64,000 nt of DNA from Mobula hypostoma (taxonomy: Eukaryota). Position numbers and translations under genes: made by a program. Location: positions 188,358,001 to 188,422,000 of the forward strand of contig NC_086097.1 of NCBI RefSeq assembly GCF_963921235.1, in the 5' to 3' direction. Under the pieces are notes generated by a model. That model was not told the origin of the DNA and searched no databases. It saw only the letters and a program-made list of their open reading frames with translations. Positions within the stretch are counted from its first letter, which is position 1. Each line of letters begins with the position of its first letter. This document shows, piece by piece, positions 1-13,225 of this stretch.

Positions 1-339
1 TCTCTCACTAACAAAGCATTTTTGCAAACAGAGCTGCCACCCCCTGGGAGATTTTTTTTCATTTATCACACCATTCTCTGTAAGCTCTGGAGACTGTTAT
101 GCTTGAAAATCCCAGATCAGTAGTTCCTGAGATACTCAAATCACCCAATCTGGCACTAACAATCATTCCACGGTCAAAGTCACTTAGATCACATTTCTTC
201 CCCATTCTGATGTTTGGTCTGAGTAACTGAACCCATTGACCAAGTTTGCATGCTGTTATGCACTGAGCTGCTGTCACATGATTGGCTGATTAGATATTTG
301 GTTTAACGAGCAAATGTACGTAATAAAGTGGCCATTAAG
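1..339 (-). mobile_element. Tc1-family DNA transposon fragment (5' end)
   Basis: ORF 59..277 contains MGKKCDLSDFDRGMIVSAR..LSIS, a Tc1 N-terminal HTH; terminal-like aataaagtggcca near 323-335. Confidence 0.75.
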
Positions 340-497
340 AGCAAAACTAGGCCTCCCAGACCTTCTAACCAGCCCTCCTATTTAATAATATTGTTGTTTA
401 TTCGATTGTATCCTTAGCTCTTACTCTGTCTCGACCCTCAGTCCCCTCATCTGCCAATTCACCTCCTTGCTTATTAAGGATCTATCTCTATCTTAAA

Positions 498-849
498 CAC
501 TAAATTATATTACTGAGCTGCTGAAGTATTGAGGTTCAAAATACAATTGCTCAATCAAAGCTCCAAAAACAGTCAATATTCAGGAAGCTTAATCTTTAAA
601 GGTGGCTGCTGCTGGAAGGCTAAATGACACAAATCCTCAATTGCTTCAGGAGGATGGCCCACCTAATACACAAATCAGGCTTTACCTGACGACTAAATCT
701 ATTTCAATAATTGATTATTCAACTTTCCACTCATATTTACTGGTAGATAGTACAGTGGAGGAGGCCTTATACGGGTAAACTTCAAGTTATTTTCATACAA
801 GCTGCATTGATGCATGAAATTAGATAAATAAATGATTAAACTTTAATAA
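498..849. repeat. Left arm of a ~350-bp inverted repeat (partner 3572-3923)
   Basis: actaaattatattactgagctg...aaactttaataa is the diverged reverse complement of 3572-3923. Confidence 0.9.
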
Positions 850-1501
850 CCAGTAATAAGGCACATTTTCATACAGTGTATATGATTAGAAATTGGAAAA
901 TACATTGCCAGGGCTTTGATGGAATTTGATTTCAATAAGAAAACGAACAAAGGGAAGTTTGGGAGTTCCAGAGATTCATACAAAGTCCACAGTTTTTCCA
1001 GTACATTGAAGAGCCGGGACATGCACAGTAACATCCACACCTGGATCCCAGTAAAGGGAATATGAAACACGAGTGAGCGGCCCTCATTTGGCAAAGATCA
1101 CTCACCATTGTGTGGTGTGCTTTAGTGTACCTAAAGGAGATCCATCTGAGCAGGTCGCAGCCCATGGAGTTTGACAGTAGCAATCCAAACTCACATAGGC
1201 CTGATTAAGTAACACTGCTCACTCTCCACCCCACAACCCAATCATACACAGATCCATGACCTCCTTTAATCCCACCTCAACCATTCATCTGGAAACTGTA
1301 TCCACTCTCTGGTAGATCCTGAGTGATGAACTCCCCAAAACCCACCCTAGTTACAAGCTCATTCCAATCCCTTTAGACAGACTCCACTTCCATATTCTAT
1401 GGCAATGTTCTCCTTGCTCAAAGTTACCCTTTTGATCCTCCTCTTTTTCTCCTTTCACCATCCACTTACCTGCTTTCCCATACAAGGCCTAATAGTACAT
1501 A

Positions 1502-2185
1502 ATAGTAATAGTACATTCAGCAGGATCTCCCAGTGGCCACACATTTTAATTCCACATCCTATTAGCAGGATCTCCCAGTGGCCACACATTTTAATTCCAC
1601 ATCCCATTAGCAGGATCTCCCAGTGGCCACATATTTTAATTCCACATCCCATTCCCATTCTGATATGTCTATCCACGGCCTCCTCTACTGTAAAGATGAA
1701 GCCACATTCAGGTTGGAGGAATAACACCTTATATTCTGTCTGGGTAGCCTCCAACCTGATGGCATGAACATTGACTTCCCTAACTTCTGCTAATGCCCCT
1801 CCTCCCCCTCATACCACATCCATTATTTATATACACACATTCTTTCTCTCTCTCTCCTTTTTCTCCCTCTGTCCCTCTGACTATACCCCTTGCCCATCCT
1901 CTGGGTTTTCCCCCCCTCCCCCTTTTCCTTCTCCCTGGGCCACCTGTCCCATGATCCTCTCATATCCCTTTTGCCAATCAGCTGTCCAGCTCTTGGCTCC
2001 ATCCCTTCCCCTCCTGTCTTCTCCTATCATTTTGGATCTCCCCCTCCCCCTCCCACTTCCAAATCTCTTACTAGCTCTTCCTTCAGTTAGTCCTAACGAA
2101 GGGTCTCGGCCTGAAACGTCGACTGTACCTCTTCCTAGAGATACTGCCTGGCCTGCTGCATTCACCAGCAACTTTGATGTGTGTT
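1502..2185 (+). mobile_element. 5'-truncated Penelope-like element (GIY-YIG C-terminal remnant, pyrimidine tract, hammerhead-like 3' end)
   Basis: 15-bp TSD gcctaatagtacata at 1487-1501 and 2186-2200; homologous to the 3' part of 30780-33270. Confidence 0.8.
1519..1653 (+). repeat. 45-bp tandem triplication
   Basis: Unit agcaggatctcccagtggccacacattttaattccacatcc(c/t)att starts at 1519, 1564 and 1609. Confidence 0.95.
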
Positions 2186-3571
2186 GCCTAATAGTACATA
2201 GATGCTTCGGCCTAATGCACTCTTCATCTTGCTGGTCACTGAATAAAATATTCTTTGTACTGCTATCCAACAACAGTTTAATGCACCCAAACACAGACAC
2301 CATTCAATTTCAAGACAAAAGTACGTTCCAAAGAACTACATCTCGTTCTTTTTAAAACAGGAAGAAATTTATCCCATGCAATTTATTCCAGGTATGGTAA
2401 TAAAATATGGCATGTTTTGCTGTCAGTTTACTAAGCAAGAATTGAGGTAGCAATTTGATTATATACAGCCTGTTTTGACTAAACCTTGAAAAGATGGACG
2501 ACTGTCACACAGTACAGTAATGATGCTGCAGGCTCACTTTCCATCACTTTCTGCTTTATTGTCAGTTCCTGAAACCAACCAGTGAGTCTTTGTAAACACA
2601 GCCACAACACTGAAAGATTGTATTGATTTGATGCCAGAAAATACTTTCTTTTCCCTGGAGTAGTTCAATCATCTCTTACTTTTCCCATCTACTTTCAAAA
2701 TACCTGTCAATTTGTCTTATAACTCCATGATGACATCATTTTCTTCACACACTTTTATAGTTCTACTCAGAATAACCCTTCTATGAAAAACATCCTTCAA
2801 TTAAACAAAAACCTTGTTTTTGCTTAATGTTTGAGCTGTCACTCAATTGTGCGAATGTAATTGCAAGCTGACAAGCTCACATACAAACCTGTTATCTAGG
2901 TAATGATGTCTGACTGACATCTTGTCAAGTTAAGCAAAATGCAAAATTTGTAGTGTTGCTTTTCCATATTTCAGCAAAAAAAAAATTGGACCAATTGTCT
3001 TCAAGATTGAGTTACTTAGAAAAAATTCTCAGCTCTGAATGTAATGATAGCATCGACTTTAATCGAACCATTGTTCATCTACTTTTATTCTGTTTCATAA
3101 CAGAAAACAACATGACTAGATTAATAATTAGCTTAGAAATGAGTGTTCTTGTTAAACAAGAGAAGTGCACAAGGATGAAATGAAAAACTGAGAACTTACT
3201 CTCCTTCCTACAGAAATGTTTATATCACTACTGAGAATTAATTACACACGAATGATATTCACATACATACACTTTCTAGCAGTGACCACAGACCCCCAAT
3301 TTTGATGTTAGAAGACATTGCAAAGATTCAGTTCATTAATCTACTAAATTAGTATTAGTATCTACAATTTTACTGCTTTGGATTTCTCAGCACTTCCTTA
3401 AAGTGCTAAGCAAAATATCAAGACACTTTTGAGGCAAGGGATTTCAGTTTTCCTCTCAGTTAAAATCATTTGAATTAGTGTGAATTTTACACAAAATATC
3501 ATCTAGATTCTATACCTTCTCATTTTCATTAGGAAGCTAACTGTTATTTTTTATGTACAAGCAAAAATTAC

Positions 3572-3923
3572 TTATTAAAGTTTAATTGTTTATTTCTCTA
3601 ATTTCATGCATCAGTGCAGCCTGTATGAAAATAATTTGAAATGTGCCTTCGTGAGGCCTCCTCCGCTGTGTGACAAGTAAGTGTAAGTGGAAAGTTGAAT
3701 ATTCAGTCCGTTTATTGAAACAGATTTAGTAGTCCAATAAAGCCTGATTTGCATTTTAGGTGGTGGTACCTCCTGAAGCAATGAGGATCTGCATCATTTA
3801 GCCTTCCAAGAGCAGCCACTTTTGAAGATTAAGCTTCCTGAATACTGAATGTTTATGGAGCTTTGATCTAGCAACTATATTTTGAACCTCAATACTTTCA
3901 CAGCTCAGTAATATAATTTAGTC
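3572..3923. repeat. Right arm of the ~350-bp inverted repeat
   Basis: ttattaaagttt...cagctcagtaatataatttagt; collinear reverse complement of 498-849. Confidence 0.9.
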
Positions 3924-4220
3924 ATGTTAAATCAGTTCCACTACATAGTGTAAGTCAATATATTAAATATATATATAATTGAAAACATTAACTTTAATTT
4001 GAAAAACATGGTTCATTTCTATTATAATTTACATTTATATTGTGTTGCAGAATGTTAGCAGAGCTCAATGGTGATGTTCCACTGCTCATTCATAAAATTG
4101 ATTGGAATTTGTTTTCAAGCATCTTATTCAAAAGTACATTTTGTATAACTGACATTTCTGAACAAAATGTCATGTCTTTTAAAATCTTAAGCTGTTTCTG
4201 TAGTCTCTGAGTCCAAGTCT

Positions 4221-4655
4221 GAGGCTTCCGTTGGTCAGAGTTGACCATGGATACCACGTCCTAGCTGCCTAGATGCACAAACCTGGGCAGTACAATATGG
4301 GCAACAACTTGCTCTCCACGTAGCAAGCTCCCCCTCTCCACGCATCTGATGAACCCAAAGGAAGGGCAGAGACCGATACAATTTGGTACCAGAAGCGTTG
4401 CAAGAGTTATCAGTCAGCACTGAACTCAAAGTAGGACTGCTTTAGGGACTCCAGCTCTGGATTTTTCCCTTGGGGTTTACTCCCAAAGTCTTCCCCATGA
4501 GTGGGTATAGCCACAAGACAGTGGAGGTAAAGATCAGAGTTTTCCTTCTCCTGGATGAGCTGCCAACCTCGGCTGATGGAGCCCCATCTGCCCCAAGCGA
4601 CTGTCAGTGGGAGCATGTCGCCATTATCACCCCACTATAAAAACTTTAAGGAACC
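4221..4655 (-). mobile_element. Non-coding interspersed repeat, internally deleted copy of 62780-63350 (possibly RTE-related)
   Basis: Shares both ends (cagag.tgaccatggat... and ...ttaaggaacc) with 62780-63350; orientation and family are tentative. Confidence 0.6.
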
Positions 4656-5044
4656 TTCTGTAGTATATGAGAGTAAATATATCACATTTTATAGCCTCAA
4701 TATCTGTTGTCTTCATTACACAATTTTGGGAAAGACAATAATTCCCTCTTCAACATAATCAACTACTCTAATCTTCCACTGTCCGATGCTATTTCTATTT
4801 CTCTCATATCTGATGAGAACCAGCACACCTCCTGTCAATGACCCACCTGCCATAGTGGTATTTGAACTCATTTCTATCAGTCCAGAAACTGAAACTGCTG
4901 CTCTACACTGTTTAATAAATCTGGGTTTAATTTATGAACTTAAATGTAACCTTTGAAGAATGATAAGTTGCATTTGAGATGGAAAAATTCAGCATCTCTT
5001 TTGTAAATCTGGACTAATATCCCAGTGAAGTGACAGTCAACAGG

Positions 5045-5325
5045 AGCACATTTGTAGTGGTTAGCACAATGCTTTACAGTACCAGCAACCCGGGATCAAT
5101 TCCACCACTGCCTGTAGGGAAGTTGTACATTCTCCCCATGACCACATGAGTTTCCTCCAAGTGCTCCTGTTTCCTCCCACAGTCCAAAGATGTATCAGTG
5201 GGTAGGTTAATTGGTCATTGTAAATTGTTCTGTAATTAAGCTATCATTAAATCAGGGGATTGCTGGGCTGTACAGCTCGAAGGGCTGAAAGAGTCCATTC
5301 TGCGGTGTGGCTCAATAAATAAATT
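5045..5325 (+). mobile_element. tRNA-derived V-SINE (HE1-like)
   Basis: tagtggttagc A-box-like and ggatcaattcc B-box-like head; V-domain tttcctcccacagtccaaaga; aataaataaat tail. Confidence 0.75.
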
Positions 5326-5662
5326 TCCCAAGTTCAGTTAGAAGTGACAAAAAGTATTCATGATTTTTTGTGTGTCCACTCCAGAGGAAGCACAGAGGGT
5401 TTCAAGGTCGCATGATAACTTCAAGTAAGAGATACATACAGCATATGTCATCAGGAAAGTTGTCAGCTATCACAAAACCCTGCACTGTAGGAAAGCACAT
5501 GCAAATAAAGTTGTGGAAATAAGGAATTTTTCAACTTGACAATAGTAGATGATCATTGTTTTCAAAAGGCAATAGACAACGATTTCGAGGTTACAAATAA
5601 AGCAATGTGAATACAAGTGAATTATACCCTGATACTAAGAATGTGAAGCAGTCTGAAGCTGT

Positions 5663-5788
5663 ATAGAATAGAAACATAGAAACATAGAAAATAGGTGCAG
5701 GAGTAGGCCATTCGGCCCTTCGAGCCTGCACCGCCATTTATTATGATCATGGCTGATCATCCAACTCAGAACCCAGCCTTCCCTCCAT
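5663..5788 (-). mobile_element. CR1 3' end (same subfamily as 53240-57310)
   Basis: (atagaaac)n tail and 3' UTR nearly identical to the reverse complement of 57190-57310. Confidence 0.85.
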
Positions 5789-6804
5789 AGTGGTGCTTCT
5801 CCTGTCCATTCAAACAGATATTTACAATGCATGTGGTATAGCATAATAAATAAACAAATACTCCTGTATTTGCATGGAATAAATTACTTTAATAGTTCAT
5901 AACACTCAAAGGCCACTGACAAGTCGGGCTGTAACACTACTCAGCACCACAACAGCCCTCAGGAAGAAACTGTTTTTCAGTCTAACTGTCTTGGCTATAA
6001 AGTTTCTCTATCTCCTACCAGATGGCAGGAGGTTGAACAGTGTCTGGGATGGGATGGGCCTTTCCTTAAGCTGACTGCCAATACTGAGAAAGAGCAGGTT
6101 AATGAGAAGTCCTGCTTAGTGAACTGTGGATAACTTTATTTTATCACATTGATGTTGATGTAAAATAGACTGATGAGGCAGTAACTAGCCAACTTGGGCT
6201 TGTCCTGGGCAATTTTCCATATTATTGGGTAAATACCAGTGTAGTAACTGTACTGGGGTAAAGCTTGGATAAAAATGCAGATAATTCTGAGGTGTACATC
6301 TTCAGGACAACTGCTGGCATGTTTGAAACTATAACCTTTCTTGCACTTAATGCTGTCAACTATTATTTACTGTCACATGGAGACAAAGCTGGAAACTGGC
6401 TTTTGTGATGGCAGAGACCTCTGGAGTGGGCCTAGGTAGATTATGCACTTGGTCATTCTATTTAGAGATGATGACAAATGCTTTAGCCTTATCTTTGTGC
6501 TGCCCTGTGCCATGGTTATGCCAGGGGATGTTTATGGAGTCTCCTCCTCCTGTTGGCTGTTCAATTGTCCATTGCAATTTATATCTGAGGTAGTTGGACA
6601 CCAAAGGCTCTGATCTGAACAGTGGGGAGTGGTATCATTCTGACGCTGCATTTGCTGTTCCAGCTTCAGCAGGTTTGCTCCTCACTTTTAGATACCAGTC
6701 TACACTCCTCACAAAACCATATTTGTTCCCATGGCTTAATGTAGAACAAGGAATATATTAGGCCTTGAGATTACAGATTGTGGAGAAATACAAGATCACT
6801 TCTA

Positions 6805-7140
6805 AGTATCAATTTCTTCTGGAATAAAAAAAAATCCCTCCCCTTCCCTTCTTCTTCCCCACTCAGGCCCCTTATCTCTTCTCAACTCCCTATCACCTCC
6901 ATCTGGGCCCCCTCCTCCTTCCCTTTCTCCTATGCTCTGCTCTCCTCTCCTATCAGATTCCTTCCTGTCCAGCCTCTGGCTTCACCTATCACCTTCTATT
7001 TATCGTCCTTCCCCTCCCACCACCTGTTTATTCTGGCATACTCCCCCCTTCCTTTGCAGTACTCAGAAGGGTCTCGGCCTGAATCCATCCCATAGATGTT
7101 CCCTGACCTGCTGTGTTCCTCCAGCATTTTGTGGGCATGG
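6805..7140 (+). mobile_element. Penelope-like 3' fragment
   Basis: Pyrimidine tract followed by gaagggtctcggcctgaa...cctccagcattttgtg. Confidence 0.7.
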
Positions 7141-7850
7141 CTTCTGATTGAATGGTTTAGCATCATGTTTGGAATGTGTTCTTGGAAAAAGAATGAATCT
7201 TTGTCTTCACAGGGGACGATCAGTAGTCCCTTCTATCTACCCTGTCACAAAAAGACAGGTGGATCAGTGAGAAGGAGAACAAATGGGTTTATCCAGTATG
7301 ATCATTCACTCATAACCTGACACAGGTCTAATATGGGAGCTAAATCCTTCAAGATTCAGCCAGCTTGGTTAGTGATGATTCTACAAAGCCAATCATGGTC
7401 ATTTTTCTAAGACCTCATACAGAAAACATTCTGTGTCTTTGCTCCCCTTATTGCTTCTTTCAGCCATTATTCAGCAAGGACAAGTATTGATTTATCCTTG
7501 GTTGGATGTTTCCTTGCCCACGTTTAATGATGCTGTGAGATTTCCTAGGGTCAAGAGTGAAAATTCTCCTAGGCATGCTCCTTCCAGCTGACAACATTAA
7601 CTCTGGCAAGTTTGTTTCATTAGAAGTTCAGAGACATCTAGGGATTGAGATGGGGGATTCCAGGGCACTGAATGAAAGTTAGGATTCTATGATTGCAACC
7701 ATGTCAAATTGTTTGACTAATCTGTGGGAAAGTTGTGCCTATTTATTCTCCATATGCTTGAGATGAGAACTAGAACTGGGAGAGACTTTGTGAGCAGTAC
7801 TGGGAGTCAGAATGATTTCCTTAAGTGAGAATCTGTCAGCCAGCTTGAGT

Positions 7851-8322
7851 GAAACATAGAAACATAGAAAATAGGTGCAGGAGTAGGCCATTTGGCCCTT
7901 TGAACCTGCATCGCTATTCAGTATGACCATGGCTGATCATCCAACTCAGAACCCTGTAGCTGCCTTCTCTCCATACCCCTGATCCCTTTAGCCACAAGGG
8001 CCATATCTAACTCCCTCTTAAATATAGCCAATGAACTGGCCTCAACTGTTTCCTGTGGCAGAGAATTCCACAGATTCACCACTCTCTGTGTGAAGTAGTT
8101 TTTCCTCATCTCGGTCCTAAAAGGCTTCCCCTTTATCCGTAAACTGTGACCCCTCGTTCTGGACTTCCCCAACATCGGGAACAATCTTCCTGCATCTAGC
8201 CTGTCCAATCCCTTTAGGATTTTATACGTTTCAATAAGAACCCCCCTCAATCTTCTAAATTCCAGCGAGTAGAAGCCTAGTTGATCCAGGCTTTCATCAT
8301 ATGAAAGTCCTGCCATCCCAGA
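7851..8322 (-). mobile_element. 5'-truncated young CR1
   Basis: ORF 7918..8316 nearly identical to the C-terminus of ORF2 at 54469..57219. Confidence 0.9.
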
Positions 8323-8988
8323 AATTAATTAAAATGTGTTAAAATTAATAATACTTTCTGACCCATAGTTCCATACAGTGAGGGAAGAAGACACACTCAG
8401 CTAAATGTCAAAAACCCTCTAGTAGTAAATGCTCAAATTTTCCTTGTGAAGCCAAAATAATATATCTAGCTCTTTTAGGACAAAAAGGGAAACACCCTTC
8501 TACTCATCCTTGAGGGTTCGGCTGTGCTTGACAGGTTTCACTTGTAAGAAAGGTGATCATACTTCTGAGGCTGTTAAGTGTGCCTCAGGTTCTATTGGCT
8601 ATCACTTCAACCAAGCAGGCTTGAAGTCACCACCAAAAATCTGCTCAGTATTATAATTCATCCTACTTGGTCTGCAGCAATAAACAGTAAACCTTCTCTA
8701 CATAATCAGTCAAAATCTTATTGAAACACAATAGCAGAGGCATACAATGGAAGCGATCAATGCCAATCCAAGGTAACGGTCCATTATAAATGAGACATTT
8801 ACAGAACTTAGCTATGAGGTAGAACCAGTGGAGAACAAAGCAGAAATTAACAAATAGGATCAGATAAGGTGAGTGAGTGGAAGCAATGGGAGTTGAATTA
8901 TAACACTGCAAAATAGAGGCGGTGCATCATGGATGCATCAAAGGCACAGGACTATAATCTAAATGAATACCCATGATCAAAGGGAGTT

Positions 8989-11900
8989 CATAAGACATTG
9001 CAGCAGATTAGGCCAGTCAGACCACTGAGTCTGCTGCACTATTTGATCATGCCTGATCTATTTCCCTCTCAACCCCCTTCTCCTGCCTTCTCTCCATAAC
9101 CTTTCATGCCCTGACTAGTCAAGAAACTATCAACCTCTGCCTTAAGCACACTCAATGACATGGCCTCCACAGCTACCTGTGGCAATGAATTCCACAGATT
9201 CACCACCCTCTGGCTAAAGGAATTCCTCCTCATCTTCGTTCTAAATGGACACCTCTCTCCTCCGAGGAAGTGCTTTGCAATAGGAAACATCCTCTCCACA
9301 TCCACTCTGTCCAGGCCTTTCAGCATTTGATAGGCTTTAACGAGATACCCCCTTCATTTTTCTAAATTCCAGAGAGTAAAGGCCCAGAACCATCAAATGC
9401 TCCTCATAAGATAAGCCTTTCAATCATACGATCATTTTCGTGAACCTCTTTTTAACCCCCTCGAATATAATCACATCCTTTTTATATAAGGTGCCCAAAA
9501 TTGCTCACAATATTCCAAGTGAGGCCTCACTAATACCTTATAAAGTCTCAGCATTACATTTTCATTTTTATATTCTAGTCCTCTCGAAATGATGCTAACA
9601 TTGCATTTGCCTTCCTCACCACCGACTCAACTTGCAAATTAACCTTTAGGGAATCCAGAACAAGGACTCCCAAGTCATTTTGCACCTCTGATTTTTTTTT
9701 TAATTTTCTCCCTGATTAGAAAGTTTCTTCTACCAAAGTGCATGACCATACACTTCCCTACATTATTTTCCATCTGCCACTTCTTTGTTCATTCTCCTAA
9801 CCTGTCTAAGTCCTTCTGCAGCCTCCCTGCTTCCTCGACACTATCTGCCCCTCCACCATATTGTCTGTAAAAATATCCACAAAGCCATCAATTCAATCAT
9901 TCAAATCAATAACATACAATGTAAAAAGAAGCAGTCCCAGTACCAATCCCTGTGGAACACCACTAGTCACTGGTAGCCAGAAGAGACTCCCTTTGTTCCT
10001 AGACTTTGCCTCCTGCCAATCAGTCAATGCTCTATCTATGCTAGTATCTTTTCTGTAATACCATGCACTTTTATCTTGCTAAGCAGCCTCATGAGTGGCA
10101 CCTTGTTGAAGACCTTTTGATCATCCAAGTACACAACATCCACCAATTCTCCTTTGCCTATCCTGCTTGTTATTTCCTCAAAAAAATTCCAACAGATTTG
10201 TCAGGCAAGATTTTCCTTGAGGAAACCATGCTGACTACAGCCTGTTTGATCATGTGCCTCCAAGCAGCCCAAAACCTTGTCCTTAACAGTCAACTCCAAC
10301 ATCTGTCCATCTATTTAGGTCAGATTAACTAGCCTATCATTTCCTTTCTTCTGCCTCCCTCCCTTCCTGAAGAGTGGAGTGTCATACGTTTGCAATTTTC
10401 CTATCCTCCAGAACCATGCCAGAATCAATTGATTCTGGAAAAATCATTAGTAATGCCTCCACAATCTCTTCAGCTACCCATTTCAGAACCCTCTGGTGTA
10501 GTCCTTCTGGTCCAGGTGACTTACTTACCTTCAGATCTTTCAGCTTCCCAAGCATCTTTCCCTTGTAATAGCAACTGCGCTCACTTCTGCCCGAACACTA
10601 TTGAACACCTGCCATACGGCTAGTGTCCCACAGTGAAGACTCATGCAAAATACTTATTCAGCTGGTCCACCATTTCCTTGCCTCTCATTACTACCTCTCC
10701 AATGTCATTATCCCGTGGTCCAATATCTACTTTTACCTCTCTTTTACGCTTTAAATCTCTAAAAAACTTTTGGTATCCTCTTTGATATTAACTCACTTAC
10801 CTTCATTTTTTTTTAGCTCAGATTATAAGAACACTCAGTCCTCGTTTATTGTCATTTAGAAATGCATACATGCATTAAAAAATGATACAATGTTCCTCCA
10901 GAGTGATATCACAGAGAACAGGACAAACCAAAGACTAACACTGACAGAACCACATAATTATAACATAGTTACAGCAGTGCAAAACAATACCATAATTTGA
11001 TAAAGACAATTTGATGGGCACAGTAAAAAAAGTCTCAAGTCCCGATCGACTCCCAAGTCCCCAATAGCAGGCGGCAAAGGGGAGAAACTCCCTGCCATAA
11101 ACCTCCAAGGCACCGACAACTGCCGATGTATTGGAAGCAGCCGACCACTGCCAACACCTAGTCCGTCCATCCGAAAACTTCGAGCCTCCGACCAGCCCCT
11201 CCAATACAGCCTCCCGACTGCCATCCTCTGCCGAGCGCCTTCGACCTAGCCCCAGCCGCCAAAACAAGCAAAGCTGAGGATTCGCGGCCTTCTGCACTGG
11301 AGATTCCAGTTACCACACAGTAGCAGCAGCAGCAAAGCAGACATTTCAGATGGTTCTCCAGATGTTCCTCCATATTCTCATGTCTGTCTCCATCAAATCA
11401 GAATTGTGCACGGTCCCCTACTTGACAGATTACAGATGTCATTCACTGGAGAGGCCACGCGCACTGCGTTGCGCTGCTATCTCCTCCTCCTCCTCCTCAT
11501 CGTTTCATCTTTTCACTCCCTATGGCTTTTTAAGTTGCCCTCTGTTGGTTTTTAAAAACTTTCCAAACCTCTAATTTCCCAATTTTGCTCTATTACATGC
11601 CATCTCTTCTGCTTTCTCTTTTGGCTTTGACTTCCCTTTTCAGCCATGGTTGTGCCATCCTGCCTTTAGTATACCTCTTCGTCTTTGGGATGTATATATA
11701 TATCCTTGCCTCTCAGGAACTCCAGCTACTGCTGTTTTGCTGTCATTCCTGCTAGTGTCCCCTTCTAATCAACCTTAAGCCAGCTCCTCTCTCGTGCCTC
11801 TTTTATTCCCTTTACTCCACTGCAATACTGATACATCTGACTTTAGCTTCTCCCTCTCAAATTGCAGGGTGAATTCAACCATATAATAATCACAACCTCC

Positions 11901-13225
11901 TAGGGGTTCCACTACCTTAAGCACCCTAATCAAATCCAATTCATTACACAACAACCAATCCAGTCTAGCTGATCCTGGAGGGTCCTCTCAAGCTGTTCTA
12001 AAAAACCATCCCATAGGCATTCTACAAACTCCCTCTCTTGGGATCCAGCAGCAACCTGTTTTTTTCTAATCTACCTGCACATTGAAATCCCCCCTGACTA
12101 TCATAACATTGCCCTTTTTACATACCTTTTTTATCTCCTGTTGCAGTTCATATCCCACATCCTGGCTACTGTTCGGAGGACTGTACATAACTCCCATCAG
12201 GGTGTTTTTACCCTTGCACATAACTCTACTCATAAGGATTCTACATCTTCCAATCCTATGTCACCTCTTTCTAAGGATTTGATTTCATTTTTTACCAACA
12301 GTCATGTCACCCCCTCTGTATACCTGACTGTCCATTTGATGCAATGTGTATCCTTAGATATTAAGCTCCCAACTATAACCTTCCTTCAGCCATGACTCAG
12401 TGATGCTCATAATGTCATACCTGCCAATCTCCAACTGCACTACAAGTTCATCAGCTTATGTCATATACTGCGTGCATTCAAATATAACACCTTTAATCCT
12501 GTACTTGTCACTCTTCAATGTTGTCCCTGTAACACTGTAACTCATTCCACTGACTGCAATTTCACCCTATCATCTGTCTGTGCTTCCTGACAGTCTCACT
12601 ACACACTGCCTCTGCTCGTATACCAACTGCCCCATCCTCAGCCCTATCACTCAGCTTCCCATCATTCTGCCAAGTTACTTAAACCCTCCCCAACATTTCT
12701 AGCAAACCTGCCCACAAGGATATTGGTACCCCTCATATTCAGATGTAACCTGTCCTTTTTGTACACATCACACCTTCCCCAGAAGAGATCCTAACGATCC
12801 ATAAATCTGAACCCCAGTCCCCTGCACCAGTTCCTCAGCCAAATCACCCTCACTGTCACGTGGCTCAGGCAGCAATTCAGTGATTGCGACCCTGGAGATC
12901 CTGTTTTTCAGCTTTCTTTGTAGCTCCCTAAAACCACTCTTCAGAAACTCCACCCTCTTCCTACCTCTGTCATTGGTATCAGTATGTACCAAGCTGTTCC
13001 CTCTTCCCCCCTTAGAATACTGTGGACCCAATCCGAGACATCCCGGACCCTGGCACCTGGAAGGCAACATATCATCCAGGTGTCTCTGTCATGTCCACAG
13101 AATCTCGTGTCTACTCCTCTAATCATGGAGTCCTATTGCAATCCTCTTCACACCCCTTCCCTTCTGAACCACAGTGCCAGACTCAGTGCCAGAGACTCAA
13201 TTTTTGCAGCTTCCCCCTGGTTCTT
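8989..13225 (-). mobile_element. Degenerate near-full-length CR1 (ORF1 esterase remnant at ~12690-13130, ORF2 remnant), interrupted at ~10815-11497
   Basis: Fragments RFCGHDRDTWMICCLPGARVRDV, HTDTND and FSQRVVNLWNSLPQ; many stops and frameshifts. Confidence 0.85.
10818..11497 (-). mobile_element. ~680-bp non-autonomous retroposon nested in CR1
   Basis: CR1 sequence resumes on both sides; on minus it starts ggaggaggagatagcagcg and ends aataaacgaggactgagtgttcttataatct. Confidence 0.6.

Noticed and set aside
1106..1130. 25-nt minus-strand mini-exon (tttag|...|gtgagt)
   Set aside because: Good splice signals but no recognisable peptide or partner exons
1519..1653. CRISPR-like array, and a repetitive protein in ORF 1399..1767
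   Set aside because: Contiguous tandem copies with no spacers, inside a retroelement in eukaryotic DNA; the ORF is a by-product
2361..2391. 31-nt plus-strand mini-exon (aacag|...|gtatgg)
   Set aside because: No recognisable peptide; such matches arise by chance
2570..2675. Tetraspanin-like FQCCG peptide on minus
   Set aside because: Short, bounded by stops, no exon structure or other tetraspanin features
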